Both the position numbers and the translations under genes were made by a program. Positions 1-10,455 of a stretch of DNA of 64,000 bases are shown here, piece by piece. The notes under the pieces were generated by a model. The model was not told the origin of the DNA. It saw nothing but the letters and a program-made list of their open reading frames with translations, and did not search any database. Each line of letters opens with the position of its first letter. Position 1 is the first letter of the stretch. Source of the DNA: Candidatus Multivorans sp. (GTDB lineage: Bacteria; Acidobacteriota; Thermoanaerobaculia; Multivoradales; Multivoraceae); contig CBDCVC010000003.1 in the NCBI GenBank assembly GCA_965222875.1, positions 706,567-770,566 of the forward strand, given 5' to 3'.

Positions 1-547
1 GGAGCGCGGGCGACAGGAACGTGTTGTCGGCGACGACCAGCGTGCCGGCCCTTCCTGCGTGCCGGCGGACGGCTTCCAGGTCGGTGATTCGGAGCAGGGG
101 ATTGCTCGGCGTCTCGACCAGGACCAGCTTGGGGCGGGAGGCGAGGGCCGCCGCCATGGCCTCCGGGTCCGTCAGGTCGACGAACTCGACCTGGAGGAGA
201 CCGCGCCGCTGGAGCCGGTCGAAGAGCCGGAACGTGCCGCCGTAGCAGTCGTGGGCGGCGACGATCCGGTCGCCGGGGTCGAGCAGTTGGGACACCAGGG
301 TCACCGCGGCCATGCCCGAGGCGGTGACCACAGCGCCGTGGCCGCCCTCGGCCTCGGCGAGCGCGCCGGCGAGGGCGGAGCGCGTCGGGTTGCCGGAGCG
401 CGTGTAGTCGTACCGCCGCTTGCGGTCGAGGCCTTCAAAGGTGAAGTTGGCCGACAGGTGGAGCGGCGGAACGACCGCGCCGTGCTGCGTGTCGGTAGCG
501 AGCGCCGCCCGCACGGCGCGGGTTGCCGGGTGGTGGTTCGAAGTCAT
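1..547 (-). CDS. Cystathionine gamma-synthase / O-succinylhomoserine sulfhydrylase family PLP enzyme (5' part only; gene runs off the window start)
   Basis: Reverse-strand translation from ATG (complement of 545-547): MTSNHHPATRAVRAALATDTQHGAVVPPLHLSANFTF...RSGNPTR...VVADNTFLSPAL, the typical N-terminus of the Cys/Met-metabolism PLP family. Not in the ORF track because it is truncated by the window edge. Confidence 0.8.
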   Translation of the reverse strand, partial: MTSNHHPATRAVRAALATDTQHGAVVPPLHLSANFTFEGLDRKRRYDYTRSGNPTRSALAGALAEAEGGHGAVVTASGMAAVTLVSQLLDPGDRIVAAHDCYGGTFRLFDRLQRRGLLQVEFVDLTDPEAMAAALASRPKLVLVETPSNPLLRITDLEAVRRHAGRAGTLVVADNTFLSPAL

Positions 548-1011
548 GTGAGTCTCCGGTCGAGAAGGGGGTTGGTGGTCCCGCAAGCGAGACGGCTTCA
601 ACGCTCTCTCGAGAAGACTTCTACAGGAGAGTGAACCGGAGGAGGCGCCGAGACCGCGGATACGCGGCTCGTTGACTCATCTCTCGGTAGCCCCGCGAGC
701 GGACTCCCGTAGGAGTTGGCACCTTCCCTGGGTTGCGAAGCCCCGGTGGTTGCCCCGGCTTCAACGGGCCCAATCCCTCGGCCGGTCTCGATGAGTGCTC
801 CGGCGACGGGAACCGCACCGGAACGCAGGGGATCGTAGCAGATCGTCCGTTGGCGTTGCCAAGGTCAGAGCAGGCGACCTGCTATGCTGCGGCACGACAC
901 AGACCGAACCACGGTCGACGTTGATCGAAGTGCAGCGTCGGCCGTTCCGGCTTGCTTGACTTGGTTGCCCGCACTTCCAGTTCCGGGAGTGCATTTACTA
1001 GGAGACCTGGG

Positions 1012-4000
1012 ATGAGGAACTTGGCTGGTCGTGTTCTAGGGCATGCGCTCACCGCGCTTGCGATTGTCTTGTGTGCATCCGGCGCCTGGGCGCAGGCGAC
1101 GGGCCAATTGAGCGGCTTCGTCACGGATGACGAGGGCGGCGCCCTGCCGGGCGTCAGCGTTACGGTGACGAACGTCGCGACGAATCAGTCCCGGTTGGTG
1201 ATGACTGGCCAGGACGGGTACTTCGCGGCGCCGCTGCTGCCGCCGGGGGACTACAACGTGACGGCGGCGCTCGAGGGCTTCGTCCAGTTGAGCCGGGAAG
1301 GGGTCCGCGTCAGCGCCGCGGAGACAGCGCGGATCAGCATGACGCTGGCCGTGGGCGAGTTCTCGGAGACGATGACGGTGACGGGAGAAGCGCCCCTGAT
1401 CGAGACCTCGAACGCGACACTGGGCATCGTCGTCGACGAGGTGAAGATCGTCCAGTTGCCGCTCAACGGCCGGAACTTCACCCAGTTGGGCACCCTGATA
1501 CCGGGCGTGGTCGAACCGCCGGCCCGGCTCGGCGGAGCGCGGGGAGATGCCGACGCGGCGATCCACGGCTTCGGCGCGGTGACCTCGGGCTTCAGCGTCA
1601 ACGGCGTACGCAACCAGTCGAACAACTTCCTGCTCGACGGCGCCGCGAACAACGACACCTTCAACACCGGCTTCATCGTGCGGCCGCCGCCGGACGCGAT
1701 CGAGGAGTTCAAGATCCTGACCCACTCCTACACGGCCGAGTTCGGCAAGAGCGCCGGCTCGATCGTCAACGTGGTGACCAAGTCGGGCGGCAACAGCGTG
1801 CGGGGCAGCGTGTGGGAGTTCAACCGCGACGATTCGTTCGAATCGCGGAACTACTTCTCGCCGCCCGACCAGGACAAGCCGACGCTCGCGCAGGACCAGT
1901 TCGGCGGCAGCCTCGGCGGTCCGCTGATGACCGACCGGCTGTTCGGCTTCGGCTACTACGAGGGCTTCCGCAACACGCGCGGCACGACCCAGAACATCGC
2001 GGTGATGAGCGCTGCCCAGCGAATGGGAGACTTCTCCGGCGGGTCGACGATCGTCGATCCGATGACCGGCGAGCCGTTCCCGGGAAACGTGATCCCCGCC
2101 GACCGGCTGAGTCCGATCGCGGTGCGGCTGATCAACGACTTCATGCCGCTGCCGAACGTGGGCGGTCGGTACATCGTTTCGCCGGATGTCACGGATGACC
2201 GCGATCAGTTCGGATTGCGCCTCGACTACCGGATCACCGACGGGCAGAACGTGCTGTTGCGGGTGCTTCGCAGTTCGTCCGACCGCTTCGAGCCGCCCAC
2301 GGTGCGGCCGATCGGCAACACGTCCGCGTCGACCCTCGACGACTACATGCTCTCCCACACGTCGGCGATCGGTTCGAACGCCTTCAACCAGGCGCGCGTC
2401 CTGTCGAGCATGATCGACGCGGAACCGGTCGTGACCAGCGGCATCGCGACCTCCGAGTACGACATCAACCTGCCGAACATCAACGACCTGGCGGTCGGCC
2501 TGCCGCAGTTCTCGATCTCGGGGTTCTCCAGCATGGGCGACCGGAACCAGCCCTTCGTCAAGCGCGAGAATGAGGTCGAGCAATTCACCGACGACTTCAC
2601 GATTCTCGCCGGCCGCCACACGATCAAGGCCGGAGTGGACATCCGCAACGAGAAGATGTTCATCGGCTTCATCAATCGGCCGAACGGCGACTTTGCGTTC
2701 AACGGCCGCCACAGCGGCAGCGCCGCCGCCGACTTCCTGCTCGGCATGCCCTCCAGGTTCCGCACCGCGGTACCGGGCGCCGACTCGATCAACGAGGGCG
2801 AGGGCTCGCTCTACTCGTACTACGTCCAGGATGAGTTCCGGGTCACTCCGCGGATGACCCTGAACCTCGGGCTGCGCTACGAACTTGCGACGCCGTTCGA
2901 GGACTCGGGCGACGCCCTGAACAGCTTCCGGCCCGGTCAGCAGTCGACCCGCTTCCCGGAGGCGCCCACCGGTCTGGTCTATCCGGGCGATGAGGGTGTG
3001 CCCAAGGGGACCTACGACACGGACAGGAACAACTTCGCGCCCAGGCTGGCGCTGGCCTGGGACCCCACGGGGGACGGCCGCTCGAGCCTTCGCGCCGGTT
3101 GGGGACTCTTCTTCGACAGCATCCCGGGGCAGGGCGACTTCTTCCAGAACTCGGTCCTGGCGCCGCCTTTCAACCCGCTGCTGCAGCTCGATGCGCCGCC
3201 GACCATGGTCAGCCTTGCCGACCCGCTCGCCAACCTCGTGGGCGGGCCAACGAGATTCCCGCCGGGGATCATCTTCATCGGCTGGGGTTCTCACTTCACG
3301 ACGCCGAACTACCAGCACTTCAACCTCACCTATCAACGCCAGCTCGGGCAGAACATCGGCCTCGAGGTCGGCTACGTCGGGTCACGGGGCCGGAACCTGC
3401 CGATCTTCATGGAGGTCAATCCGCGAGTGGTCGAACCCGGCCAGACAACGCTCGGGCCGCGCACGTTCTCGGCCTTCAGCCTGGTGCGGCCGACCTTCAC
3501 GGTGGCGAAATCCTGGTACGACGCGTTGCAGGCGAGTGTGCGGATGCGGCCCACGCGCGGCCTCAACTTCCTCTTCTCGTACACCTACGGCACTGCGGAA
3601 GATCACGTCTCGGGCTTGAACATCGGCGGCGAGGAGCGGCCTATTTTTCCGGTGGACCTGGAGCGGCTGAGCTCGATCGACCGGGCGCTCGAGCGTGAGC
3701 GGGGCGATGCGCTGTTCGACGTCCGGCACCGCCTGGTGCTCAGCTTCGGCTACGACCTGCCGTCGCTCGAGAACAGCAGCGGCTTCGTGCGCGGACTGTT
3801 CGGCAACTGGCAGGTGAACGGGATTCTCCAGTACCAGACCGGCTATCCGTTCCCGATCCGGGTCCGCGGCGACGACATCCGCGGCCTCACCTCGAGGCCG
3901 AACCAGGTGTGCGACCCGAACCAGGGTGCGCCGCGCACCGTCGAGCAGTGGTTCAACACGGAGTGCTTCGTGCGACTGAGCCTGGCCGAGACCGCCACGC

Positions 4001-4251
4001 AGCGCGGCAACGCTGGCCGCAACGTCATCCGCGGGCCGGACTTCGAGCGGATCGACCTGTCTCTGATCAAGAACATCCCGCTGGGCGGCGACGACCGTTC
4101 GCTGCAGCTTCGGGTCGAGGCCTTCAACGTCTTCGACCGGGTCAACTTCGCCCAGCCGGGCAACCGGATCGGAGACCGGGGCTACGGCGTCATCACCGCG
4201 ACCAACGGCGACGGCAGGGTCGTTCAGCTCGGGATCAAGTACAACTTCTGA
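1012..4251 (+). CDS. TonB-dependent receptor-like outer membrane protein with N-terminal carboxypeptidase-regulatory-like domain
   Basis: GGAG about 8 nt upstream of ATG 1012. Signal peptide MRNLAGRVLGHALTALAIVLCASGAWAQ. CarbD_reg-like SGFVTDDEGGALPGVSVTV...GDYNVTAALEGF. Plug region ETMTVTGEAPLIET. C-terminal GIKYNF ending in Phe. Confidence 0.85.
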   Translation: MRNLAGRVLGHALTALAIVLCASGAWAQATGQLSGFVTDDEGGALPGVSVTVTNVATNQSRLVMTGQDGYFAAPLLPPGDYNVTAALEGFVQLSREGVRVSAAETARISMTLAVGEFSETMTVTGEAPLIETSNATLGIVVDEVKIVQLPLNGRNFTQLGTLIPGVVEPPARLGGARGDADAAIHGFGAVTSGFSVNGVRNQSNNFLLDGAANNDTFNTGFIVRPPPDAIEEFKILTHSYTAEFGKSAGSIVNVVTKSGGNSVRGSVWEFNRDDSFESRNYFSPPDQDKPTLAQDQFGGSLGGPLMTDRLFGFGYYEGFRNTRGTTQNIAVMSAAQRMGDFSGGSTIVDPMTGEPFPGNVIPADRLSPIAVRLINDFMPLPNVGGRYIVSPDVTDDRDQFGLRLDYRITDGQNVLLRVLRSSSDRFEPPTVRPIGNTSASTLDDYMLSHTSAIGSNAFNQARVLSSMIDAEPVVTSGIATSEYDINLPNINDLAVGLPQFSISGFSSMGDRNQPFVKRENEVEQFTDDFTILAGRHTIKAGVDIRNEKMFIGFINRPNGDFAFNGRHSGSAAADFLLGMPSRFRTAVPGADSINEGEGSLYSYYVQDEFRVTPRMTLNLGLRYELATPFEDSGDALNSFRPGQQSTRFPEAPTGLVYPGDEGVPKGTYDTDRNNFAPRLALAWDPTGDGRSSLRAGWGLFFDSIPGQGDFFQNSVLAPPFNPLLQLDAPPTMVSLADPLANLVGGPTRFPPGIIFIGWGSHFTTPNYQHFNLTYQRQLGQNIGLEVGYVGSRGRNLPIFMEVNPRVVEPGQTTLGPRTFSAFSLVRPTFTVAKSWYDALQASVRMRPTRGLNFLFSYTYGTAEDHVSGLNIGGEERPIFPVDLERLSSIDRALERERGDALFDVRHRLVLSFGYDLPSLENSSGFVRGLFGNWQVNGILQYQTGYPFPIRVRGDDIRGLTSRPNQVCDPNQGAPRTVEQWFNTECFVRLSLAETATQRGNAGRNVIRGPDFERIDLSLIKNIPLGGDDRSLQLRVEAFNVFDRVNFAQPGNRIGDRGYGVITATNGDGRVVQLGIKYNF

Positions 4252-4309
4252 TCACCCGGGGCCTCTCGCCCGCATCCTGAAGCCCGGGGTGCAGGCGACT
4301 CGCCGGCGC

Positions 4310-4591
4310 TCAGCCGGTCGCGTTCGCCTTGCCCCGATGCACGAACCAGAGGTTGCGGGAGTACACGAGAATGCCGCCGCTTTGGCCGACGATGAACACC
4401 CATTCCTGGATCCATACCGCGTAGCTCAGAAGCATCAGGCCGCCGCCCAGGCTCAGGTACCAGAACACGATCGGGACGACGCTCTGACGGCGGCGTTCGG
4501 TGGCGATCCACTGGACGAGGAAGCGAGAGCCGAAGAGGGCCTGCCCTCCGAATCCGACGGCTACCCAGATGTTCTCGGGCGTGAGTGATGG
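4310..4591 (-). CDS. Small membrane protein, lipid-A-disaccharide-synthase N-terminal (LAB_N) domain family
   Basis: MPSLTPENIWVAVGFGGQALFGSRFLVQWIATERRRQSVVPIVFWYLSLGGGLMLLSYAVWIQEWVFIVGQSGGILVYSRNLWFVHR matches the conserved LAB_N pattern. Lies immediately downstream of, and overlaps, a GT2 gene, which is the usual pairing. Real start is the internal Met of ORF 4310..4870. Confidence 0.75.
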   Translation of the reverse strand, partial: PSLTPENIWVAVGFGGQALFGSRFLVQWIATERRRQSVVPIVFWYLSLGGGLMLLSYAVWIQEWVFIVGQSGGILVYSRNLWFVHRGKANATG

Positions 4592-5313
4592 CATGGTGGG
4601 CTCTCCAGGGCGTGGGCGGTTATGGATACTGCGCGACGGCGGTACCAGGACACGCCGAACAGGTCCAGGACGCCGCGCAGGAAGCGACCCCGGATGTTGT
4701 ACTTGCTCGCGCCATGGGTGCGCGGACGGTGTCCAACCGGGATCTCGGCGTAGGTGCCGCCGTGCCGCAGGGCCAGCACGGGCAGGAACCGGTGAAGTCC
4801 GTCGAACGCGGGGAGATCGTCGAGCACGGCGGCCCGGTACCCCTTGAGCGCGCAGCCGATGTCGGTGCACGGGTCGCCGAGGACCAGCCGCCGGGCCCGG
4901 TTGGAGACCCGGCTCGTCAGTCGACGCAGGAGTGTGTCGCGGCGCTTTGCCCGGATGCCGGAAGCGACGTCGTGGTCGTCGAGCAGGGCGACGATGGCCG
5001 GGATGTCGGCGGGGTCGTTCTGCAGATCGGCGTCCATGGTCACGATCAAGGGCGCCCGGGCGGCGCGTATCCCCGCGAGCAGGGCCGCCGACTGGCCGGC
5101 GTGACGGTCGAGGCCGAAGACCCGCACCCTCGCGTCGCTCTCTGCCAGTACGGCAAGTTCATCGCGGCTGCCGTCCGTACTCAGGTCGTCAACGAGGATC
5201 AGCTCGTAGTCGATGCCGGCCGAGGCCATCGCGTCGGCGGTCTGGGCAGCCAGACGTTCCAGGTTGCCCGCTTCGTTGAGGACCGGGGCGACGATCGAGA
5301 GCTTTGGCGGCAT
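4561..5313 (-). CDS. Family 2 glycosyltransferase, polyprenyl-phosphate (dolichyl-phosphate mannose synthase / ArnC-like) type
   Basis: SIVAPVLNEAGNL...ELILVDDLSTDGS...VTMDADLQNDP motifs of GT2 / Dpm1-like enzymes. Confidence 0.85.
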   Translation of the reverse strand: MPPKLSIVAPVLNEAGNLERLAAQTADAMASAGIDYELILVDDLSTDGSRDELAVLAESDARVRVFGLDRHAGQSAALLAGIRAARAPLIVTMDADLQNDPADIPAIVALLDDHDVASGIRAKRRDTLLRRLTSRVSNRARRLVLGDPCTDIGCALKGYRAAVLDDLPAFDGLHRFLPVLALRHGGTYAEIPVGHRPRTHGASKYNIRGRFLRGVLDLFGVSWYRRRAVSITAHALESPPCHHSRPRTSG

Positions 5314-5419
5314 GGCGGCCTCGGGTTGCGATCCTAGCGCCGCCGGCGGTCCGCATCGTTTCCTGCGCGGGCTTGGCAGTTCGCTGCTGCTGGCGGTTCA
5401 CGTTGATACCCTGCCGCCC

Positions 5420-6040
5420 GTGCTGCTCATCGTGCGCCACGGCGAGACCGCCTCGAACGCCGCCCGGATCGTCCAGGTGCCGGAGACGCCGCTCAACGAG
5501 CGCGGCATGGCGCAGGCGGAGCAGTTGGCGACGCGGCTGATGAACGATCACCGGGAGCGTCCCATCGGGCGCGTCGTTGCCAGCCATCTGCGACGCGCCG
5601 AGATGACCGCGGCGCCGGTGGCCGCGGCTCTCGGCCTGCCGCTGATCATCGAGCCCCTGCTGGCCGAGCGCAACTTCGGCGACCTGCGTGGAAGGGCGTA
5701 CGCCGACCTCGGTCTCGACATCATGGAGCCCGGCTACGAACCGCCGGCTGGGGAGGACTGGCCGTCGTTCCACCGGCGGGTCACCCAGGCCTGGAGCAGA
5801 ATTCGTGAACTCGCGCGGGAAACCGAGGGCGACAGCGTCTTCGTCACCCACGGCCTCGTCTGCCACTCCCTGGCGCTGCATCACCTGCATCTTGGCGACG
5901 GTGTGGAGCAGCCCGATCGTTGGGGGAACACCTCGGTCACCCACGTCGAGGCTCGGGCGCCGTGGAGGGCGACCCGGATCAACTGCTGCGACCACCTGGA
6001 CGCGACGACCGCCGACGGCGGTCAGATGTCCGGCATCTGA
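5420..6040 (+). CDS. Histidine phosphatase (phosphoglycerate mutase-like) family protein
   Basis: LLIVRHGETASN catalytic RHG motif at the N-terminus, then THGLVCHSL. GTG at 5420 is in frame and avoids overlap with the GT2 gene. ORF-track start 5213 is probably too long. Confidence 0.65.
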   Translation: MLLIVRHGETASNAARIVQVPETPLNERGMAQAEQLATRLMNDHRERPIGRVVASHLRRAEMTAAPVAAALGLPLIIEPLLAERNFGDLRGRAYADLGLDIMEPGYEPPAGEDWPSFHRRVTQAWSRIRELARETEGDSVFVTHGLVCHSLALHHLHLGDGVEQPDRWGNTSVTHVEARAPWRATRINCCDHLDATTADGGQMSGI

Positions 6041-6241
6041 CGACGACGCGGCCGCGGTCCCCCGACCGCGCCGATCCTGCGGCCGTCGGGCCGCGGCTCG
6101 GATAGAGTTTTCCAGACTGCGCCGGCTCGGGAACAACCGAGGCGGGTGGCGGGTTGGAGAAGGCGTAGACGGGGCTACCCGTGCGCGAATCCGAGGCTTG
6201 TCCCTCCCTGGCCGGAACCCCTGCTGGCGCTCATCCAGGAA

Positions 6242-7333
<1,092 letters not shown>

Positions 7334-7354
7334 GGTCGCTTCGGAGCGTGATCG

Positions 7355-8356
7355 ATGTGGTTCTTCCGGCGTAACGAAACCGCGGACCAGGAGCGGCAGG
7401 AGGCGACCCTCTCGCCTGAGTTGCTGGCGCGGATCAAGACGATCCAGCTTCGCACCCAGCGCCTGGTGACCGACGCCCTCGCGGGCGAGTACCACAGCGC
7501 CTTCAAGGGGCGGGGCATGGAGTTCGAGCAGGTGCGCGAGTACACGGCGGGGGACGACATCCGCCACATCGACTGGAACGTGACGGCGAGGATGTCGAGC
7601 CCCTTCGTCAAGGAACACCGGGAGGAGCGGGAGCTGACGGTCATGCTGATCGTCGACGTCAGTTCGTCGGGCGCCTTCGGCACCGCCGAGAAGCAGAAGC
7701 GCGAGGTCGTCGCCGAAGTCGCCGCCGTGCTTGCCTACCTCGCGATCCAGAACAACGACCGTGTCGGGATGATCATCTTCTCGGACCGGATCGAGCACTT
7801 CATCCCGCCCAAGAAGGGGCGTTCCCACGTCTGGCGCGTGATCCGGGAAGTGCTGAGCTTTCGCCCGACAGGCCGGGGCACCGACCTCGACGGCGCTCTG
7901 GACTACCTTGGCCGGGTGGTGCCGCGCCGGTCGGTGGGCTTCGTCATCTCGGACTTCCTGGATGAGGGCTTCTCCGAGCGCTTGCGCGTTGCGGCTCGCC
8001 GCCACGACCTGACCGCGATCCGTGTCCTCGACCAGCGCGAGGTCAGCCTGCCGCGGATGGGTCTGGTCGAACTCGAGGACGCGGAGACCGGGGAGACGAT
8101 CGTGATCGACACGGCGAGCCGGCGGGTGTCGGAGAGCTTCGCGCGCCTGGCCCGCGAGGATCTGAGGCGGCGTTCCGAGCAGTTTCGCCAGGCCGGCGTC
8201 GGCGAGATCCAGGTCTGGGCGGACCGTCCGTGGATTGATCCGATCGTCCGCTACCTGCGGGCGCGCGAACACGGATGGCGCGATCCCGCGCCATCCGTGA
8301 ACCAGTCCGTGGGCCCGTCATCGGGCGCACGGATGGCACAGACGGTGCGGGTGTAG
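7355..8356 (+). CDS. DUF58-family protein (MoxR partner, vWA-like fold)
   Basis: EYTAGDDIRHIDWNVTARMSSPFVKEHREERELTVMLIVDVSSS is typical of DUF58. Sits directly downstream of MoxR. Confidence 0.85.
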   Translation: MWFFRRNETADQERQEATLSPELLARIKTIQLRTQRLVTDALAGEYHSAFKGRGMEFEQVREYTAGDDIRHIDWNVTARMSSPFVKEHREERELTVMLIVDVSSSGAFGTAEKQKREVVAEVAAVLAYLAIQNNDRVGMIIFSDRIEHFIPPKKGRSHVWRVIREVLSFRPTGRGTDLDGALDYLGRVVPRRSVGFVISDFLDEGFSERLRVAARRHDLTAIRVLDQREVSLPRMGLVELEDAETGETIVIDTASRRVSESFARLAREDLRRRSEQFRQAGVGEIQVWADRPWIDPIVRYLRAREHGWRDPAPSVNQSVGPSSGARMAQTVRV

Positions 8357-8359
8357 GTC

Positions 8360-9385
8360 GTGATCGTTCGCTTCGCTACCGGACTTGTCGCGGCGCTCTT
8401 CCTCCTGGCGTGCGGCGTCGGCGAATCCCCTGGGGACACGCCTCCCGGGCCGAAGCCGCCCGCCGAGCTACGGGCCGCGGTCGACCGCGCCACCGCCACG
8501 ACGGGCGACCTGATCACCTACGAAGTGGAAGTCGAGCGCGACCCGGACGTGAACGTCGAGCTGGCGGATCCCGGAGTCGACATCGCGGGCTTCCGGATCG
8601 TCGACCTCGGCCAGGACTCGCCGGAGACTCTTGCTTCGGGCCGCATTCTGGAACGGCGCTGGTTCCAGCTCCGCGCCGATCTGGTCGGCGCCTACGTGCT
8701 GCCGGCGCTCTCCGCTTCGTACAGCGGTACTGCGGGCGACGGGGGCGACCTCGAGACGCCGGAGATCCCGGTCGAAGTCGAGTCGGTGCTGCCGGCGGAC
8801 GGGACCGAGGTGACGGACATCCGCGACATCAAGCCGCTGCTGCGGGTCGAGACCGGCCGGCTGTGGCTGCTGTGGCTCGGACTTGCCGCCGCGGTTCTCG
8901 CGTTGGCGACAGCGGCATGGTGGTGGCGCCGTCGCCGGGGAAGTGGGGGCGATACTCCGAAAGTGCCCCGGATTCCGCCCTACGACCTGGCGATCCAGGA
9001 GTTGGAGCGGCTTCGGCGCACCGACTTCTCGAACCTGCGGGAACTGCGCCGCTACTACTTTGCCGTCTCGGCGGTCGTCCGGGCCTATGTCGAGGGTCGC
9101 TTCGGCCTGAACGCGACCGATCTGACGACGGAGGAGATCCTGAGCCGGCTGGCTCTGATCCGGCTCGATCCGGTGCAGGCGAGGCGCCTGGAGCGGTTCC
9201 TGGTCGCCACGGACCAGGTCAAGTTCGCGGCCCACCTGCCTCTGCCCGAGGAGATCGACCGCACCTACGAGCAGGCCCTGGGCTTCGTGCGCGCGACCGG
9301 GCGGCCGAAGGACGATGCCGGCGAGGACGGCGGCAACGCGGAGGCCCCCGCGTCGGCGCCCGACCAGGCGGGGAAGGCGGCATGA
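8360..9385 (+). CDS. Lipoprotein/transmembrane protein, DUF4381-like (third gene of the bat-type operon)
   Basis: Lipoprotein-like signal LFLLACGV. Central TM helix LWLLWLGLAAAVLALATAAWWW followed by RRRRG. Positioned between DUF58 and BatA, and overlaps BatA start by 4 nt. Confidence 0.6.
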   Translation: MIVRFATGLVAALFLLACGVGESPGDTPPGPKPPAELRAAVDRATATTGDLITYEVEVERDPDVNVELADPGVDIAGFRIVDLGQDSPETLASGRILERRWFQLRADLVGAYVLPALSASYSGTAGDGGDLETPEIPVEVESVLPADGTEVTDIRDIKPLLRVETGRLWLLWLGLAAAVLALATAAWWWRRRRGSGGDTPKVPRIPPYDLAIQELERLRRTDFSNLRELRRYYFAVSAVVRAYVEGRFGLNATDLTTEEILSRLALIRLDPVQARRLERFLVATDQVKFAAHLPLPEEIDRTYEQALGFVRATGRPKDDAGEDGGNAEAPASAPDQAGKAA

Positions 9386-10455
9386 ACGAGCAACTCCTGT
9401 TCGCCGATGCCCGCTGGCTCTGGATGCTGCTGCCGCTGTACGTGATCTGGTCGCTCCTGTGGTGGCTCCGGCCGCGCTGGCGTCACCTGGCGGAGCGGCG
9501 CGGTTTCTCCATCGGACACAACGCCGCGGGCAGAACCGCCGTGGCCTACTCGTCGCTAGTGCATGCGCGCCAGTCGGCGCGCTCGGGAACGCCCACGGCC
9601 CGTCGCCTGGTGTCGGCGCTGCGTCTCGTGGTCGTCGCCCTGGTGCTGCTCGCCGTGATGCGCCCCCAGACCGGGCGTGCACTCACCGAGGTGACCACTG
9701 AGGGCATCGACATCGTGCTCGTGATCGACACCTCGGGGTCGATGAGGGCGCTCGATCTCGACGCGCACGAGCGTTCGTTGAGTCGCCGGAGGGACCGTCT
9801 GGAGGTGGCCAAGGGAGTGGTCGAGACGTTCATCGGGCGTAGAACGAACGACCGCATCGGTCTCGTCGTCTTCGGCGAGGAGGCCTTCACGCAGTGTCCG
9901 CTCACTCTCGACCACGGCATCGCCGCGACCTTCCTCGAGCAGTTGGAGATCGGCATGGCGGGCGACGCCACGGCGATCGGATCGGCCGTCGGGGTGGCGA
10001 CCAAGCGCCTCAAGGACTCGGAGGCCGAATCGAAGGTCGCGGTCCTGCTGACGGATGGGCGGAGCAACGCCGGCGCCCTGACGCCGCTGCGGGCCGCCGA
10101 GGCCGCCGGGGCGCTCGGCGTCAAGCTGTACACGATCGGCGTCGGCACCCGCGGTCAGGCCCCCATCGTGGTGGAGACGCGGTTCGGGCCGCGCGTCGTC
10201 TATGAGGATGTGGAGATCGACGAGGACACCCTGCGGCAGATGGCGACGGTCACTGGCGGCGCCTACTTCCGGGCCGAAGACGTATCGGGACTGGAGGAGA
10301 TCTACGAGCGGATCGACGAACTCGAGAAAACCGAGATCAGCCAGGAGTCCTACATGGAGTACGAGGAGCGTTTCGCCTGGCTGGTGACGCCGGCGGTGTT
10401 CCTGCTCCTGCTCGAAGTGGTGCTGCTCGATACCCGCTTGAGGAAGTTGCCGTGA
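9382..10455 (+). CDS. batA: BatA-like von Willebrand factor A domain membrane protein
   Basis: N-terminal TM helix, then vWA/MIDAS region DIVLVIDTSGSM...GLVVFGEEAFTQCPLTLD...TDGRSNAG. ATG 9382 overlaps the upstream stop. Confidence 0.85.
   Translation: MNEQLLFADARWLWMLLPLYVIWSLLWWLRPRWRHLAERRGFSIGHNAAGRTAVAYSSLVHARQSARSGTPTARRLVSALRLVVVALVLLAVMRPQTGRALTEVTTEGIDIVLVIDTSGSMRALDLDAHERSLSRRRDRLEVAKGVVETFIGRRTNDRIGLVVFGEEAFTQCPLTLDHGIAATFLEQLEIGMAGDATAIGSAVGVATKRLKDSEAESKVAVLLTDGRSNAGALTPLRAAEAAGALGVKLYTIGVGTRGQAPIVVETRFGPRVVYEDVEIDEDTLRQMATVTGGAYFRAEDVSGLEEIYERIDELEKTEISQESYMEYEERFAWLVTPAVFLLLLEVVLLDTRLRKLP

Noticed and set aside
548-1011. 460-bp divergent intergenic region between the metB-like gene and the TonB-dependent receptor. 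Checked for an S-box/SAM riboswitch (minus strand) or a cobalamin riboswitch (plus strand).
   Set aside because: The reverse-strand leader has a CUUCUCGAGAGAGCG segment faintly reminiscent of an S-box P1, but it lacks the GGAGGGA / GCAACC core elements. No B12-box was seen. An Rfam scan would be needed, so it is not reported as a feature.
1036-3336. 766-aa ORF on the minus strand inside the TonB-dependent receptor gene. Similar giant antisense ORFs occur at 5189..8272 (-), 12065..14200 (-), 28947..31076 (+), 33430..34596 (+) and 56655..59354 (+).
   Set aside because: They are Arg/Ala/Gly/Pro-rich low-complexity translations, typical of stop-codon-poor 70% GC DNA read in the wrong frame. Each overlaps a well-supported gene with recognisable motifs on the opposite strand.
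8275-10455. 726-aa + strand ORF spanning the DUF4381-like and BatA genes.
   Set aside because: The first about 370 codons are an out-of-frame read-through of the upstream gene region. Only the segment from ATG 9382 (MNEQLLFADARW...) corresponds to BatA. The real upstream gene is 8360..9385 in another frame.
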